A stretch of 64,000 nt of DNA, from contig JBHGNT010000006.1 of NCBI GenBank assembly GCA_043228905.1, positions 5,518,001-5,582,000 on the forward strand, read 5' to 3'. The notes beneath the pieces were generated by a model. That model was not told the DNA's origin. It saw only the letters and a list, made by a program, of their open reading frames with translations, and made no database searches. Numbering within the stretch: position 1 is the first letter of the stretch; each line of letters begins with the position of its first letter. The position numbers were made by a program, and so were the translations under genes. Below are positions 1 through 14,488 of this stretch, one piece after another. This DNA is from Azolla caroliniana. Its lineage: Eukaryota; Plantae; Polypodiophyta.

Positions 1-228
1 ATGTTCCTTTCAGAAGGAGAAAAGAATACCACCTCGTGCATTTCCTAACTTTCAATATGATGGAGAAAACATATCCGTCTTTCACTTATCAATGTTCTTT
101 TGGAAAGAAGAAAAAAAATGCCACCCCATGCATTCCCTAGCTTTGAACACAATAGGAACACATTCTAGTCTTTCAATTATCAACGTTCTTTTGTAAAGGA
201 GAAAACTACGCATCCCATGCATTTCCTC
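1..228. repeat. Degenerate ~91-bp tandem repeat, ~2.5 copies, running off the window start
   Basis: Units begin at 1, 92 and 183 (atgttc(c/t)ttt..aaggagaaaa..ccac..c(a/g)tgcatt(t/c)cct). Confidence 0.7.
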
Positions 229-2345
229 TCTTTTTTGTCTATCTTCATAATGCGCATACCAATTTCACTCAAGTATGAGTCGTTCATTCTAAACTTTTAT
301 TATCGATCGTCTATTGCCACTTCAAGGAAATATTTCGTACATTTTGTCTTCTTTTATTCTCGAGGAAAGCATATGAATTTCCTGGAGAACTGCTTATATC
401 TATGTATATTTGCGCGTACATAAAAGGTGATGCATGAGTCCCATGGCAAACAAACTCAAAGCATGATAATTATTGATAAATACGATTCCCTAGTTAGTCC
501 ACACTATCTTGATCTATGTTACAAGTGAGAGCAATGTGATACACATGAAATTATCGTTAATGCCAATTTATTCAAACGAATCTGCCATTTCTCAGATATT
601 GTTCGCATTAAAAGGAGTCCCTTATCTTTCTTTTTTATCACATTTACGTCCTATTCTTTATGCCCACTTAAAGCCTAGTTGTATATGACTATCTCATGCA
701 AAAGTTATTCCTTCTTCTAAAAAAGTCAATCAATGGTGCACATACATTGGCAAAAAGTTTGTTCTTGTCACGTATGGCCATTATTTAGAACCTTGTGATA
801 GAATACCTCGTACCACTTAAAAAACTCTTTGTTTCCAAATCTAGTGAAGTTTCTCATATCGCTTTTTTATTTACTTGTTAACTATTTTTAGCACATTTTA
901 GTGAATATATAACAATATCCTTGCATGTTGTATCTTTCCATTTAAATCGTAAAACATTTCAACAATGTTTGTAGCCCATAAAGTATGTACATATATAGAA
1001 CCCCCATTTCTTGTGTTCTATTTGTACCATACTCCTAGTGCAATGCATATTTAATGTAATAATTGGGAAGGGGGGGGGGGGTTACAATTCTATCTCCTTG
1101 AGTTAAAACCCATTGAAAATAGACAAAAAAATCCTATTTTAATGATGCCCAAATAAGTGACACAACAACCCAAATGACTTTAGCAATCGACCACTATGGG
1201 AATCTGTGCCTCGCATCCTTGAGCAATATGAAGAATGAACATTTCCTTGAAAATATGTTAGCATTTTAAAGCCATTGCCAAAGGATCCCAGTCAAAGAAA
1301 CACATTTGCTAGTAATGGAAAACTAGGATTGCCATTCTACATCCAACACAAATGTCACCATTGAACCCATTGAATCCCCATTGAAAAATGTGTAATCTGA
1401 ACGATATCTCCATTACAAACAAAGCTCCATATTCGATAAGCTTAAGATATAAATTATTGGCCAAAATTTATTTATTTTGTTATCTATAATAATAAAACCT
1501 AATACATTTGATCCAAATGTGATTATATGCTTTTTTAGCATTCAAATGGTACTTTGTTCTATCACCAAGCATGCTTAGCATTATACATAGTGGAATTCTA
1601 ACATGAACTTGTCTTTTTAAACCCAATGTAATAGCTATGAAGATATGAGTACCTCAGTTGGTTGAGGATTAATACAACGCTTGTACTTTAATGATAGCAA
1701 ATAACTGAAGCTCAAAGGTCACTCCAAAGACAATGCCAAGTACCAATGAGTCATTATTGAAATGTTAAGGCTATGCATGAATGGTAAGCCACGTTTTTAC
1801 TAAGTTATGCAAATGAGGATTGTAATGTTGAAATTTTTAGGTATGAACCTTAGTGATATACTTGTAGCCTTGTAGGTTGTTAAGATGAATGGGGGAGAAA
1901 TATGTCTCTCGTGCCGATAGACAAGTAACTTTGTAAAGTGCAAGTCCAAAACACACCATAATTGACGTGGTATATGTATAAATTATAATGATATAGTTAT
2001 TATAATATACAATGTATAGATTTCTCGTTACCAGCAAAAATAAATATCATACTAAAAATTTATGCAAATATGTGCCAAACATTTTATTCTTTTCATGACT
2101 CTGTGACTCATTCTCTTGAATGGTTTAATAGTGTATAGCTAAATTAAACTTTATTGAACACTTGAAAAGTGAATTCTTATTCATCTATCCAAAGTGATTA
2201 AAATAATTTCAATCAATATTGATATTGACTCATTCGAAGGTGCAACATTTGTTGTGTTGATGTGTCTCATAGAGCTTAACTTGTTCAACATCATATAGTT
2301 CAAATATCACTAACAGTAGAGAACATCTTAAATAAGTTAATTGAT

Positions 2346-3044
2346 GTATCGAGCGCAACAATCACTTGGTTGGCCACTCAATCGGCCTCGTGGTTTCAAG
2401 GGTGGAATGGCAACAATCCTTCTTTAAAGGTGATGCAAGGATCTGTGCAACCAGCGCAAGGAGGTTTATTCTTCTTACAGGAACGCTGCGTGGACATATG
2501 GGTATGAGTGGTCGGCCTTACAGTCTGGCAAGTGTGGGTATCTAGGTGCAAGGAGACTTTCGCAGGTAAACGAACCCCACCGGTTGAGAATTTAATGATG
2601 ATCTGGTTCAATCTTATTTCTACGTTGCGAGGTGAGTTTGAAAGTCTTCAAGGGCCATCTGACGCAAGTGAAGAAGCTAGATCTCGTTTCTTGCTGAAAT
2701 GGAGCGGTTCGTCGATGCTGCAGATAATGGATGGTAAAGTGAAGTGGAATTATCAACCACCACGGTGGTTGTTCCCTCCAAGTGTACCTAACATCTAGAT
2801 GGGTGTTGCCATGAGGAGTGAATGGAGGACATCTATGCTGAATTTTGTTTGTATGAGGCTCACGTGGAGAATAGGCGTTTGAGTAATGTTGTACACATAG
2901 AATGATGTGGTGCTTTGGAGTTGTTTTTTTTGTTGATGCATCTACACATATTGTTTTCCTTCGACATGCAAGATGTCTTGTAAGATATGAGTTGTAAATT
3001 ATCCTTTCTACATTGCTTAACTAATGGAAGTAGTTTTTTTTTGG
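2346..3044 (+). mobile_element. 5'-truncated non-LTR retrotransposon (LINE, L1/Tx1-like) 3' end with 16-bp target-site duplication
   Basis: Flanked by identical aaataagttaattgat at 2330-2345 and 3045-3060. ORF remnant 2508-2798 has a W-x-x-W-x-x-R-C-x-x-x-F motif typical of L1-type ORF2 C-termini and ends WNYQPPRWLFP, shared with the element at 3239-3830. Confidence 0.8.
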
Positions 3045-3238
3045 AAATAAGTTAATTGATACATTCAATTTGTTATTCCTTGGTAATACATTTACTCTAG
3101 ATACATTTCATATTGAATCTTTCATGAGATATTGGATGCATTTCACACCATAATCACCCAAATCCATAATCACCCAAATTTTGAGTCATATGTCTAAAGG
3201 TGATGAATTGAATGTTTGTGAAATGTATAAAATGTTAC

Positions 3239-3830
3239 TTTTTGTTTTTTTCCAAAATGAAGCTACTTTCCAATTAGTTAGGAAGGATTATTAGAAAGCG
3301 ACTATACAAGGAGGCTTAAACATAGATCGAGGAATCTCCCCCCCATCAAGTTCAAGAAAATGAGACTAGTTACATCGCCTTTTGAACTGACTACTTAATG
3401 TAAGTACCTATAGCTAAAAACAGTGCCCTTCAGTGATGGCTAGTACAAGACAACTCCTCGGGTCGACAACGAAGGGAGGGTGGTAAGTGAGCCGGAAACA
3501 GCCAACGTGGGGGCTGGTAGTTCCACCTCGGGCCACTTCCTCCTTGTGTCACCATAGGCGTGTTCTGCCATTTTTGCCAAAAGCGCAAACGGGCAATAAC
3601 CACATCAGTGGAATGGCTGCAAACCTCATCCAATTGCCCTCGTATGCAGCTGATAAGTGCAAACCATATGTCCATGATCACTTCCTCCAGGGGCCACACC
3701 AGATCCTGGAAGACCTTTAGGCGACACGCTTTCCATATATACCACAGGGTGAAGCCTGCGATCAACATCCAAATGTCTGGGAACCTAGGGGATGCGGACT
3801 GCAAGCCTCTCTCAAATCGAATCTTGGCGA
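3239..3830 (-). mobile_element. Second 5'-truncated LINE 3' end, related subfamily, opposite orientation
   Basis: ORF 3430-3804 (LWYIWKACRLKVF...WNYQPPRWLFP) is homologous to the 2508-2798 peptide. Same 3'-terminal motif actaat(t)gga(a)agtag..ttttgg, followed by an A-rich tail on the minus strand. The 5' boundary is approximate and no TSD was found. Confidence 0.7.
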
Positions 3831-6800
3831 TTTTGCCTCTTAATTTGCATCAAATATTATGCTACATTATGTAATCATTGGTCACACAATTTTTTTGTCC
3901 AAAGTATTTTGATAAAGATTTGGAGAGTCTAGATGATACATAAAACAATAGATTTAATGTTATTACTCAATCATTTTGGGAAATATTCATGAGTGTTGAT
4001 TGGTAAAATAATAATATAAATGAGCAAGGCAATATCTTATTATGAGGATGAGAAATTGTTTTAACAACTATAAAGTAACCTTGATTGATGAAAATATTGT
4101 ATCTTCTATAGTATTATGTGGGTATCCGGTCAATCTTCTCTTAGGATGGATAATATCATCTTTCTATAGTGTTACACTTGTTTTGGAGCACCACTTACAC
4201 TTGTTTTGATCATAGCAAGCTATGATATTGTGTGGATCTATGAAAATGTCTTATGTTTAAGCTTTTGGATGATTGATTGCTAAAAACGTTTGAATGACAA
4301 TGGAGTGCCAAGCCAGAAATTTGTCATTTCAATAAGGTTGACATGTTTTAAAAATATGTGCACCATGAAATGGTAGATTGCACGTCAAATTGTAGCATTG
4401 CCCATATATATCTACAAATCTATATTATTTGTCTTGTTAAGGATTTGCTTGGACATATCAATTTTAATATATAACGAACGAGAATTAATAAGTGCTAATT
4501 TGTAGAGCATTTGGCAGCATGAATCATGGAATGCATTTGGTGAATTGGTATATGTAGTAAGTAGTTCAAGGGGATTGATAAGAAATGGTACATTGTTGAG
4601 GGATGGTTTCACATTAACAGGGACCAAAATGGTACTTTTTTTGCATTAAAAATGTACCATTTTTTTGCGCAAAAATAGAGCCTCGTTGAAAGTTGAGAAG
4701 AAGACAAGGGGAGCTCACCTCGTGAAGCCCATGAATAAAATGGTGTCGTTATTTCACATGCGTGTATTTGTGGCGCGTACAATCGTGTATCTAAAGGTCA
4801 TCATTCGAACACAACGAAACCATTCTCTAATTTTGGCATATGTCTGGGAATTTGAAGACTTAAAAAATAGACCATGACATAGTGTAGTTCTAAAACCCCA
4901 TTGATGTGATTGATGAGGCCATGTAAGTACACTTTAACATGTGATGCTTTCTATCAAATTTTGTAATCCTACTCAACAATAGAAGGCTTTTGTACACCTC
5001 TTAAATCCACTTAGTTCAAAAAAGAAAGAAAGAAAGTGATGACACCACATAAAATATCCACATAGTTCAAAAATCATGTCTACAATGAGAGATTAAGCCA
5101 TTCCCAACTCTATACATTTATGATTGATTGGAAAGGTCATATGTATCGATAACATCTATACCAATTTAACATTATTGTGTTCTGTCATTTGTATGTTTGA
5201 TGAGTTGTATCATATGAAAGGTATGGCAAATGGTAGATAAGTTACCATGAGATTTGGTGATTTATTTGTTGCATACTTTTGCCTTTATAGGTTTTGCATA
5301 AAAGAATAACTCCATTGTCTTAGCACTTACGAACTCTTCATGATCCCTTATGAGCATGTGTAAAATTTACAAAAATGGCAACCAAATCTACCATAAGAAA
5401 TGAAGCATTTAAAGAAAACACTAAATTTAGTTTTTACTAACATCTAGTCCTTATAAGTTGTGATGACCATACAAGAATGATATTCATATGGTCATGATTG
5501 TATATGAATGATATTTTTATGGCCATGACAATCCTAAGATGTTTAATACAATTTCGTGTTCTTTTTTATTCAAATATTTTAGTTTGTTATGACACTTCTA
5601 TTTTCTCATCAAGTAAGCAAGTGACACATCTATAACTTTTTCCATACACTAATTATGTATAAACCTTTCCTTTGATATAAGTTATAACATGATAATGACT
5701 AGAGAAACATGTTCTTGCACATTACAACTACTAAATGTAGCACCACCATATAAAAATATGTAGAGGAATTTGCAAAATTCTCAATTTTTCTAACAAAATA
5801 ATGATAGTTTATGGTAATATATGTGAACAAATCTAGAAAACTAGCATTAGACTTAAAGCAATTTTACATTACCAATATTATTATAGCTCAAACCATGGTC
5901 TTTATACTTGTTTCTAAAATAGAAAACTTTTTTTGTTCAAGTCACTATCTATAGGATCCGATTCTAGACTCTCATATAGTATGAAATTTGAATATGCAAA
6001 AATAGATTTATCAAAGTAGGACACTACTAGTGAAGCATTATAAACGAAATGATCACTCAAAGATGAATGTTAGGAAGAAAAATTGTACTCAAGAATATGT
6101 TTTAACTTTATCAATTGAGCAAATTATGAAAGAGAGATTCATTGCAAGTGTTAGGCTTAGCCACGTAACCTAGTGATGAAGTGGGTATGTTGTAAAGGGG
6201 ACATAAAGGACTCTAAAAAACATGGTGCTCTCTTTAAAAAGGAGGACAAGTGTCAATCAGAAATGTCATAATCATGAACATGTGAACTTTGCTAATGTAG
6301 TGAAAGCCACTTTGTCTTACGAAATGTTGTCAATAGACTACTGGCGATTTTATCGATGACAGAAAGTCACGAATGACGCAATAAGTATTAGTTTTGTTTT
6401 TTAGTATGTTGGAGCTGAAATGATTGCGACTATTTAGAGAACTGCCAAAAATGTTCGTTAATCGAGAAATATCTTATTCAACTATCCTATTTGCGATGAT
6501 GAATACTACACAAGCAAAGGACCAACAAAAGAATCTAGACATAGGCTTCACGATATCTTGAAGACAAAATGATGTTTAAGAACATCAAATTTTGAGCTAG
6601 ATGGACTATCATATTTGCATAATGATGATGGACATATGTGATGTAGCTTCTATCTTCGATTTACAATCTGAGTCATAGAGACAAACGATGATCCGAACTC
6701 CAATCCTTTAGAGATTGGCTAGCTAATAATATTTTTTTCATCTCGATAATGATGTAGAAATACCATTTTTTATCCCTCTAAGAGGTTCACCACTTGTCTC

Positions 6801-8856
6801 AATGTGTATCTCAATTTCTAATTGTTTTAAGGCTATTGTATCTCTACATATAGAATGTAGGTAGCATTACTCATTAATAATTATATTCCATTTGCCAAAA
6901 ATTTCCCTCAATTTATATTGCATTATAAAAAAGAACTTAGAACATTTAGTGAAAAGCTTGTTAACATTCGAATTATGTGTATGAGAACCTTAATTAGCTC
7001 ATGGCTTGGTATCACATGAAATGTTAGCATGGTAATACATAGAATGTTATTACTTGAAGTTGGAAAGTCGTCCCATAACATTTGCAATCTTTACACGATA
7101 TCAACAATGGCTCTTATAATCAATGTTTGAACTGATAAAGAGTAATATATATATATATATACACACGCATATCATATAATTTCAATCAACTAACACTTTA
7201 CGGCATGATAGGTGTGGGTGGCATGTTTTTTCTTCATGTGGGCTAGATATGGCTTCATGTTTCAACATGTAGTACAATAGTGAGCAAAGATGTATTGACC
7301 AACAAAGGTCTTCCATTTGTAAAGTCGTCTTAAGAGAAAAACAAAATTCAAGATTTGTTCTCCAATGCTCATTCAAATGCACCCTTTTCTTGATCATACA
7401 TATTAATGTGGCATATCACTTTTATGATCCTCCTTTTAATAATACGAAACATTTTGACTTGTGAATCTAAACATTTGAAAAGTCAAAGGTGACATGCAAA
7501 ATTTACAACAATGTGGTCACAAAATGGGAATGAAATAGGGTTTGAAAGGCCCAAAGTGCCTAATTGTGACTCATGTACAACATATGCATTGGAATTAGTT
7601 ATAATTTCACATATTTTATCGTTAGTGTGTGTGTGTGAATTAATACATAAATCATAACAAACAATAGAAAATCCATTCATAGATCTATATTAGCATAAAC
7701 TTATGTCCTTTTGCACCGATTCTCTTGACGATGTTGAGGTCTTTTTATTGAACATTTTTATGCTCTCAAATTATACACAAATAAATGGTGAAATTTGTAA
7801 CCATGGATTTCTAACATCTCTCAAGATATATCAAAGATTAGGAAAGTACATAGCATTAGCCCTATAACGACAATATGATCCAATACTATTATTAGAGCAG
7901 TTATGATCAAAGATAGTGAGAGGTCATTTTATAGACTACCAAAATTTTGAATTTCATTGTTGTTCGAACACATGGTAAAATACATATGGTTGCTACACCA
8001 AGCACTGAATTCAAAGTTAAGCTTTGACTAATGAAGATAAAACACTTAGTCAAGTGAGGGTTAAACAATGACAAGTTATCTCCAACAATATTCATGTTTG
8101 ATTTTAAATCATAGACAATAACAAAACATAAATTATTTCTTAGCTTAGTTGTGAGGTGGCCAACAATTGGATACCCTAAAGAATGAGCATAAACAATTAA
8201 AGTTATTATTGGACTCCAAATTAGGATTACAATTAGTAGCAAGTAAACATTCTACAATATTAATCAATACATTAAGAGTAGCATAACAAAGATAACCTGA
8301 GCGGTATCAATGGGTAAGTCAATTATCCATATAAGCTTTGTGCAATTACTGATCAAGGTGGCAAATAAAAAATATCTAAGCTTATCATGAAGGAGATTTG
8401 GAGGTAGATTGCATTGACTTGTGAGAGTCTGATTCACAAGTGTCCTATTGTCAGTTTCACATTTATAAGGCTTGTAATTAAACAATGGAGAGCCCCCTGA
8501 TACTGATTTTGAATTGTGCATACTGCTGCAGAATGTATGGCAGGTGCATCATGCTTGGATGATGCTTGCTACGCTAAAATTATTGCATTAAGTAACAGGT
8601 ATCAAACACCATATTAAATGACTATCACAAGTGCCAATTGTAAAGAATGCTTGCAGTAATGATTAGCTAATAGAAAACTCTTGGATATCTAATACAAATG
8701 CAACAGCCCACGCTGAAAAGAAGTTCCAATCCAAGCCAAAGCACAACGTTAAACCATTGCCTTACATTAAATCCTATAAGAGACTTTAGACGATCCCATA
8801 AATACAGGATACATTTTTGGAAGTTCTAAATTTGCTTCTATAGAAACAGGGTTGTT

Positions 8857-11800
8857 TTACATTTTGAACAAATTTTTATGGACTTTTGTAACTGTGCGGC
8901 AAGTCAATGATACACGGGTTCCATTTCTCTTCAATGTATCTTCAAAGCCAGTCTGGCAATGCTCAGAGTCTTTCAAGCAAGCATCTTTTATCTTCGAGTG
9001 TTCATTGCAATCATCATTTGGAGTGCCGGAAAGAAAACCTTCTGGTTTTATCAGAGAAGTATGAAGATTAACCTGCTGTAAGTTAACTATCGTTTCGTCC
9101 AAGTTATGTTCATAGCAGTCGCTAATTCCGTGCAAATACTCTGAGAAAACCAACCATTTATCTCGTTAGTATAACTATTATCCAAGTCATTTAAAATATT
9201 GTCTTTACTGATCTTGATATGCAAACTGTAGAAATATATAGAGTGAAAAAAACACCCAAAAAACCCTGTTATTTCTCAAAAATTACCAGAATACACATTT
9301 GTAACGGTATATTTTGTACTAGACACGGCTATTTTGGTAGCTTTCACAAAATTATTGGTATTCTGGCAAATATCTAGGATATTCTGGTGTTTTTACCAAA
9401 TACACACAGCAAAGAAAAATAAACAAACAATTTGCACTTGATTTAAAAACTCAGAAATGGGAAGCGCAACGATTCTCTCCCCACCTTCATATGCGACATC
9501 TTTGAACACGAGCAAACTTCGAGGCATCAAAACCACAGACACTGTCTTATGTAGTTGTTCAACAATCAAATTCGCATTATTTTCTAGCAACCGTTGGTGA
9601 GGAGAAAAGTGCAATACTGCCGGTGATCCCAGTGATAAGATGGATACCACAGGAAAATAAGCTGGACCATCTTGATGTGGCTACACTTCGACACAAGAAT
9701 ACAACACAAAACCCAATAGAAGAAAATATTGAGCCTAAACAAGCAGGTATTGAGTGGAAATGACATAAAGATCAAGCAACTCGAAAAAAATACCATAATT
9801 CCTTGACCCGGTAAGTATTCATTGATAAGCACATGGTTAATCGGTGATGGATATAACCCCAAGTCATCACAAATGGTTCCTGTTAAATCGGATAGCCATG
9901 ATGGCACTGCAAGTAGTGTTAGTATGAATGACTAGTAGATGAACATGAGATTTCAGGACAATACCTACACTTTTGTGGCAACAATCCTTTCTCGTGCACA
10001 ACTCCTCCTATAGTAATGATGATGTATTAAACATTCTTCCATAGTCAGTACTGAGAATACAATATGCAATTCCTCATCCACATCTATAAAATCATTGCAC
10101 TAAAACTTACCCCAGTTCTGGAGCCTCCGGTTCTTTAAATATTTCCATTTCGAACTTGACACTACATTAACCTGAAAAACATGTGAAGACATAATTTATA
10201 TTGTATTTCAAAGAATTTATTACATTATCGATGCTTCACACATGTAAGAGATACTGTATGAAGGATCTGTTAGTGTACTCTAATAGATCATGCTCTTGAT
10301 TCGACTGGTTGTCATGATGGCTCAAAGGCTCTACATGCTAGCCCAGGTTAAGCCCAAATTGATTCCTCCATTAATGGTCAAGTTGATCTCGAGAGAAATG
10401 AAATAATATATTTTTTGAAAGGCCAAAAAGACCCCTGTGAGACCAAAGAAATTACATCCAGGTGTGACATGTTATTACAAAAGCGGAAAAGAGACTGGAT
10501 GATACATCGAGGAAGGGTAGTGTGAATTAGGTGAGAGGACAGGAGTACTACTACTGCTACTAGTAACCATACAAAGATGAGGGGATCGATCTCATGAAAA
10601 TCCATATAGCTCTCCCTAAAATGGCATCGATATCATCTATGGTATATGCCCAATTGAGCATGTTGATGCACGATGATGCTCCAGATCTATAGATGCATTT
10701 GCTTTTTAAAGTGTTGAGATCCATGCATTTAAGTTTATCAAGAACATTCTAAGCTCGAAAACTGGATCAGTTGTAATCTGACACACACTATTTTGGTACA
10801 ATCGATCTCATGAAAATCCGTATAGCTCTCCCTAAAATGGCATCGATATCATCTATGGTATATGCCCAATTGAGCATGTTGATGCACGATGATGCTCCAG
10901 ATCTATAGATGCAATTGCTTTTTAAAGTGTTAAGATCCATGCATTTAAGTTTATCAAGAACATTCTACGCTCGAAAACTGGATCAGTTGAGGAATCTGAC
11001 ACACACTATTTTGGTACACTCTGTATCTCAGTCTCAATCTCTAGCTGATATGACTCCCGCAGTTTTCTTGCGCTTCATGAAGAAAATGTACTGTTTGAAA
11101 TTGTAGCTTGAATCTTATCGGAAAACTAACCAAAGTACGAGAGAAAAGAAAGAGAAAAAAAGTCTATTCTACATCTATGCTCTAGGTATATGGCAAGATA
11201 CATACGGTAAAGTAGATAGTACACATTGCAAGCTTTCGTACCTAAATGAGGACCTGGAATAGGGTACAGTATAAATCTTAAATGGATCAATATACCTTGC
11301 ATTTACACATAACCTTCCTCACATTTGTATTTGAGTATTTTGCAGTTTATAAACCACCTTCTCTCTCTTCCTTGGTGGTTGGCTTGCTGGGAAACCAGGT
11401 TTGACCCTCATGGGCTTGGTGCCATCCCATAGATCATACTCAGTCTCCTGTGGAGACTAATAATATGTCTAGATATCTCCATTCTGGTTACAATGCCCAT
11501 CTCAATCACAACTTTGTGTAATGAAACTCATTTTTTCTAAATACTGCTCTCTCCTTTTTTTTCGATGCATTGTATTACTGTATATAAACATCAAAATGAG
11601 GTGGAAAATCCACGGAGAATTTTTAACAGCATGAAAAGAAAAGAAGTTGGGGAGTTGAATGCACCCACCCAAGACATGAACGACATAATTCAAAAGCATA
11701 ACATAATTGTTTCTGAAGAAAAACTTAAACGGTTGATAATGATTGGGAAAAAAGAAATTTGTTCTCTCAAATGCGAATACTTACAATAGGCCATCCATAT

Positions 11801-12241
11801 CTACCCCATGTATCGTGTGCTTGATGCGGATGTGCTTAACCAGAATGAAGACATTATAAAAATGATGCTAAAATTCCTTGTTGCAAAACTTAGTCTTTAT
11901 ATGCTATCCCTTCAAAACTAATGCACAAAAAAACTAGCTCATTCCTTTCCGTAGTCAAAACGAACTAACAGTAAATTTTTACTTAAAAAGAACAAGAAAA
12001 GGGGCTACTTTTCCATATATATATATAAATGAACTCTTAATATATGCAACTGTATTCATGGTTCCTCGCTTGTGAATGCGTGTTAGATGCGGAAAGGAGA
12101 CATAAGAGAGAAAAACGAACAGAGACACCATACCTGATGTAAGAGGTGAGTCTGATCATCGGAGCTTATATAATCAGGAATGTAGAAAATGGTTGGAAGA
12201 GTGCCAACACGAAAGAACTCCAGCTCATGGGAAAGACCCAT
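8857..12241 (-). CDS. ALKBH6: AlkB-family 2-oxoglutarate/Fe(II) dioxygenase, ALKBH6-like (6 exons)
   Basis: Exons 12241-12134, 10171-10111, 10007-9969, 9906-9794, 9680-9485, 9140-8857, all GT-AG and phase-consistent. Motifs: [47 protein letters not shown] (HxD), YLHGI, RVSLTCR. Confidence 0.93.
9243..9396. mobile_element. Degenerate long-TIR MITE (Mutator-like) in ALKBH6 intron 5
   Basis: Left aaaaacacc..attaccagaatac is the inverse of right gtattctggcaaat..ggtgttttt. Similar to the element at 36729-36886. Confidence 0.45.
10585..11018. repeat. Near-identical 216-bp tandem duplication in ALKBH6 intron 1
   Basis: atcgatctcatgaaaatcc...ttttggtaca starts at both 10585 and 10801, with only a few substitutions and a small indel. 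Confidence 0.9.
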
Positions 12242-12710
12242 CTTTGTCTTCTTCTTCTTCTTCTTCTTCTTCTTCTTCGTTCCGTCTGTCTATCCAGTTT
12301 ATTCCGTAATCTCTCTATCTCTATCTCTGTCTCTGTCTCTGTCTCATGTTTGTGATTTTTTGAGTAGCCCCTGAATTCTACTTTAATTCACCAAATGCCC
12401 CTACGTTTTCTTTTATCTCTGCAGATAGCCCTAGGCTTTCTTAGGCCCTATTAAATAGTATAGTAATTTTTATTGGAATTTGGTAGACCTTCTACGTCGC
12501 CACAGGTTCCACATAACTTTGTTTATGGTGGACAAGTGGGAATGCAATTGGCGCAAAGAGCATATCTTTGCAACTTGTAGTGCCAAACTAACATATTCCT
12601 TTATCCCGATTTCATGAATCAAATATACCCTAGACAATGTTTCAATGTCAAACTTAATGAGCTATCCGTTTTAGGTATGTATGACCCCCTATAGCATAAG
12701 CAAGTGCATG

Positions 12711-12713
<3 letters not shown>

Positions 12714-12760
<47 letters not shown>

Positions 12761-12855
12761 AAGCAATGGAATGACATCATGGCTTTCGAAGAAACAACCA
12801 AATGAAGAGTGTAGGGTAGTAGTACTGCAAATTGGGTAGAGGAGATCCTACCACG

Positions 12856-12902
<47 letters not shown>
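12714..12902. repeat. Two (AG)n microsatellites
   Basis: AG runs at ~12714-12755 and ~12858-12902. Confidence 0.9.
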
Positions 12903-12908
<6 letters not shown>

Positions 12909-14488
12909 TGACTTAAAGAAGCAACGCATGGAGTCAAAATCTAGTGTTAGAAACTTTCACAAGTACCCACATTGAGGGATAGGCACCTAAATTCTAATGC
13001 TTGACCTATTTGTTTGTTGGAAACCGTTGTGGTTGGAATGGTCTCATCTCCACCATTAGTAACAGGGGTACACCACTTCCCTTGTGGGCATCTTTAGGCT
13101 TATGATGATGCATGTGGAAGAAAATTTGAGACAAATTCAATTATGATGGAGATAGATTCCTAGAAGCACATGTTTTCTTTATTACTTTGGCCAAATGGAA
13201 TAAAGCAATCATCAAAGAAATCCACTCAAAAGTCATTGCAAAAGTATAGTTTGAGGTGATCACAAAACTATAAATACCACGAATGGTCATCCCTCTCGAT
13301 CTCTTGCTTGTTGTGATCACAAAGGTATACTTTGAGGTGATTGCAAAACTATAAAGAGAAGGAATGGTCATCTCTCTCTCTCCCTCCCTCTCTCTCTCTT
13401 TCTCATCCTCATTCATGCATGGTTTGTGGAACATTGAAAGAACCTTTTGTACAGTACTATTAGATGTATGTCTGGCTAGATGTATACAACCATTGCAACC
13501 TCTAGAGAGATCATAAAAGTGAGTTAAAGTTAACAAATAGATAAGATAACATTAGTTTTACTCCAATTAGTTTTTTGATAGTGTCAAACATTCATATTCT
13601 CAATCTTCATCCATGTTCATAACCTACGCATGCTTGTTGATATACCTATGCACAATATTATGTGCCCTTACAATGACATAGTTATACATTGTGTTGTGCT
13701 TGATTTCCATTTTCAAGCATTCACAATACAATTTGTGAGTGTTGGATTAAAATGGGTCAAGAAAGCAATTACATCTGCAAGCACATATCTTATCAAGTTC
13801 TTCGAAGTTTATGAAGATAAATGCATGCCTTAAAAATTGTTACCCAACTGGTTAAAACAAATGCCAATGGGCTTCCATATTGGCAAGTTATTGGAAAACT
13901 CCGAAGATGATTTTTCATATTAGCAAGTGTGATATACCTAATTAGTATCGCCAAACTGCGGTCTCATGTAATATTCAAGATTATTAAAATATATGACTGA
14001 CAAGACAAATACCAGCCACATAATTTTACGTTCATGGTGAAGAGAGTCATGTGACAAACCAATTCACCATAAGCCTACTCAGAATATAAAAGAATATGAG
14101 ACCAAGTTTTTACCATGTGCTTCACCGTCAGAGTTAAAATTGAGGTAATATTCAAAATGCCAAAAGAAAATAGGATTTCATATAGATCAACCTCCATTGG
14201 TTCTGGATGATGTTGTCCTTTGCCAAAACTTTGAATAACAGGAAAAAATAAACATCGAACACCTTACAGAGAGAGACTCCAACATTATTATATTCACTAT
14301 TCTAGCACAAGATGTAGAAAACAAATGCAAAGCTCTATGCAATTTTGCGATCAGTGTTAGAATAATAATACAAAAATGTGCAGAGAAACATATAGAGAGA
14401 AAAAAAAAACCTTATAGAGAATATCTGAACATCCACTCTTCTAGCAAAATATACAATGCAAAAGCTCTTAGCTTTTACAAGGCTGAAT

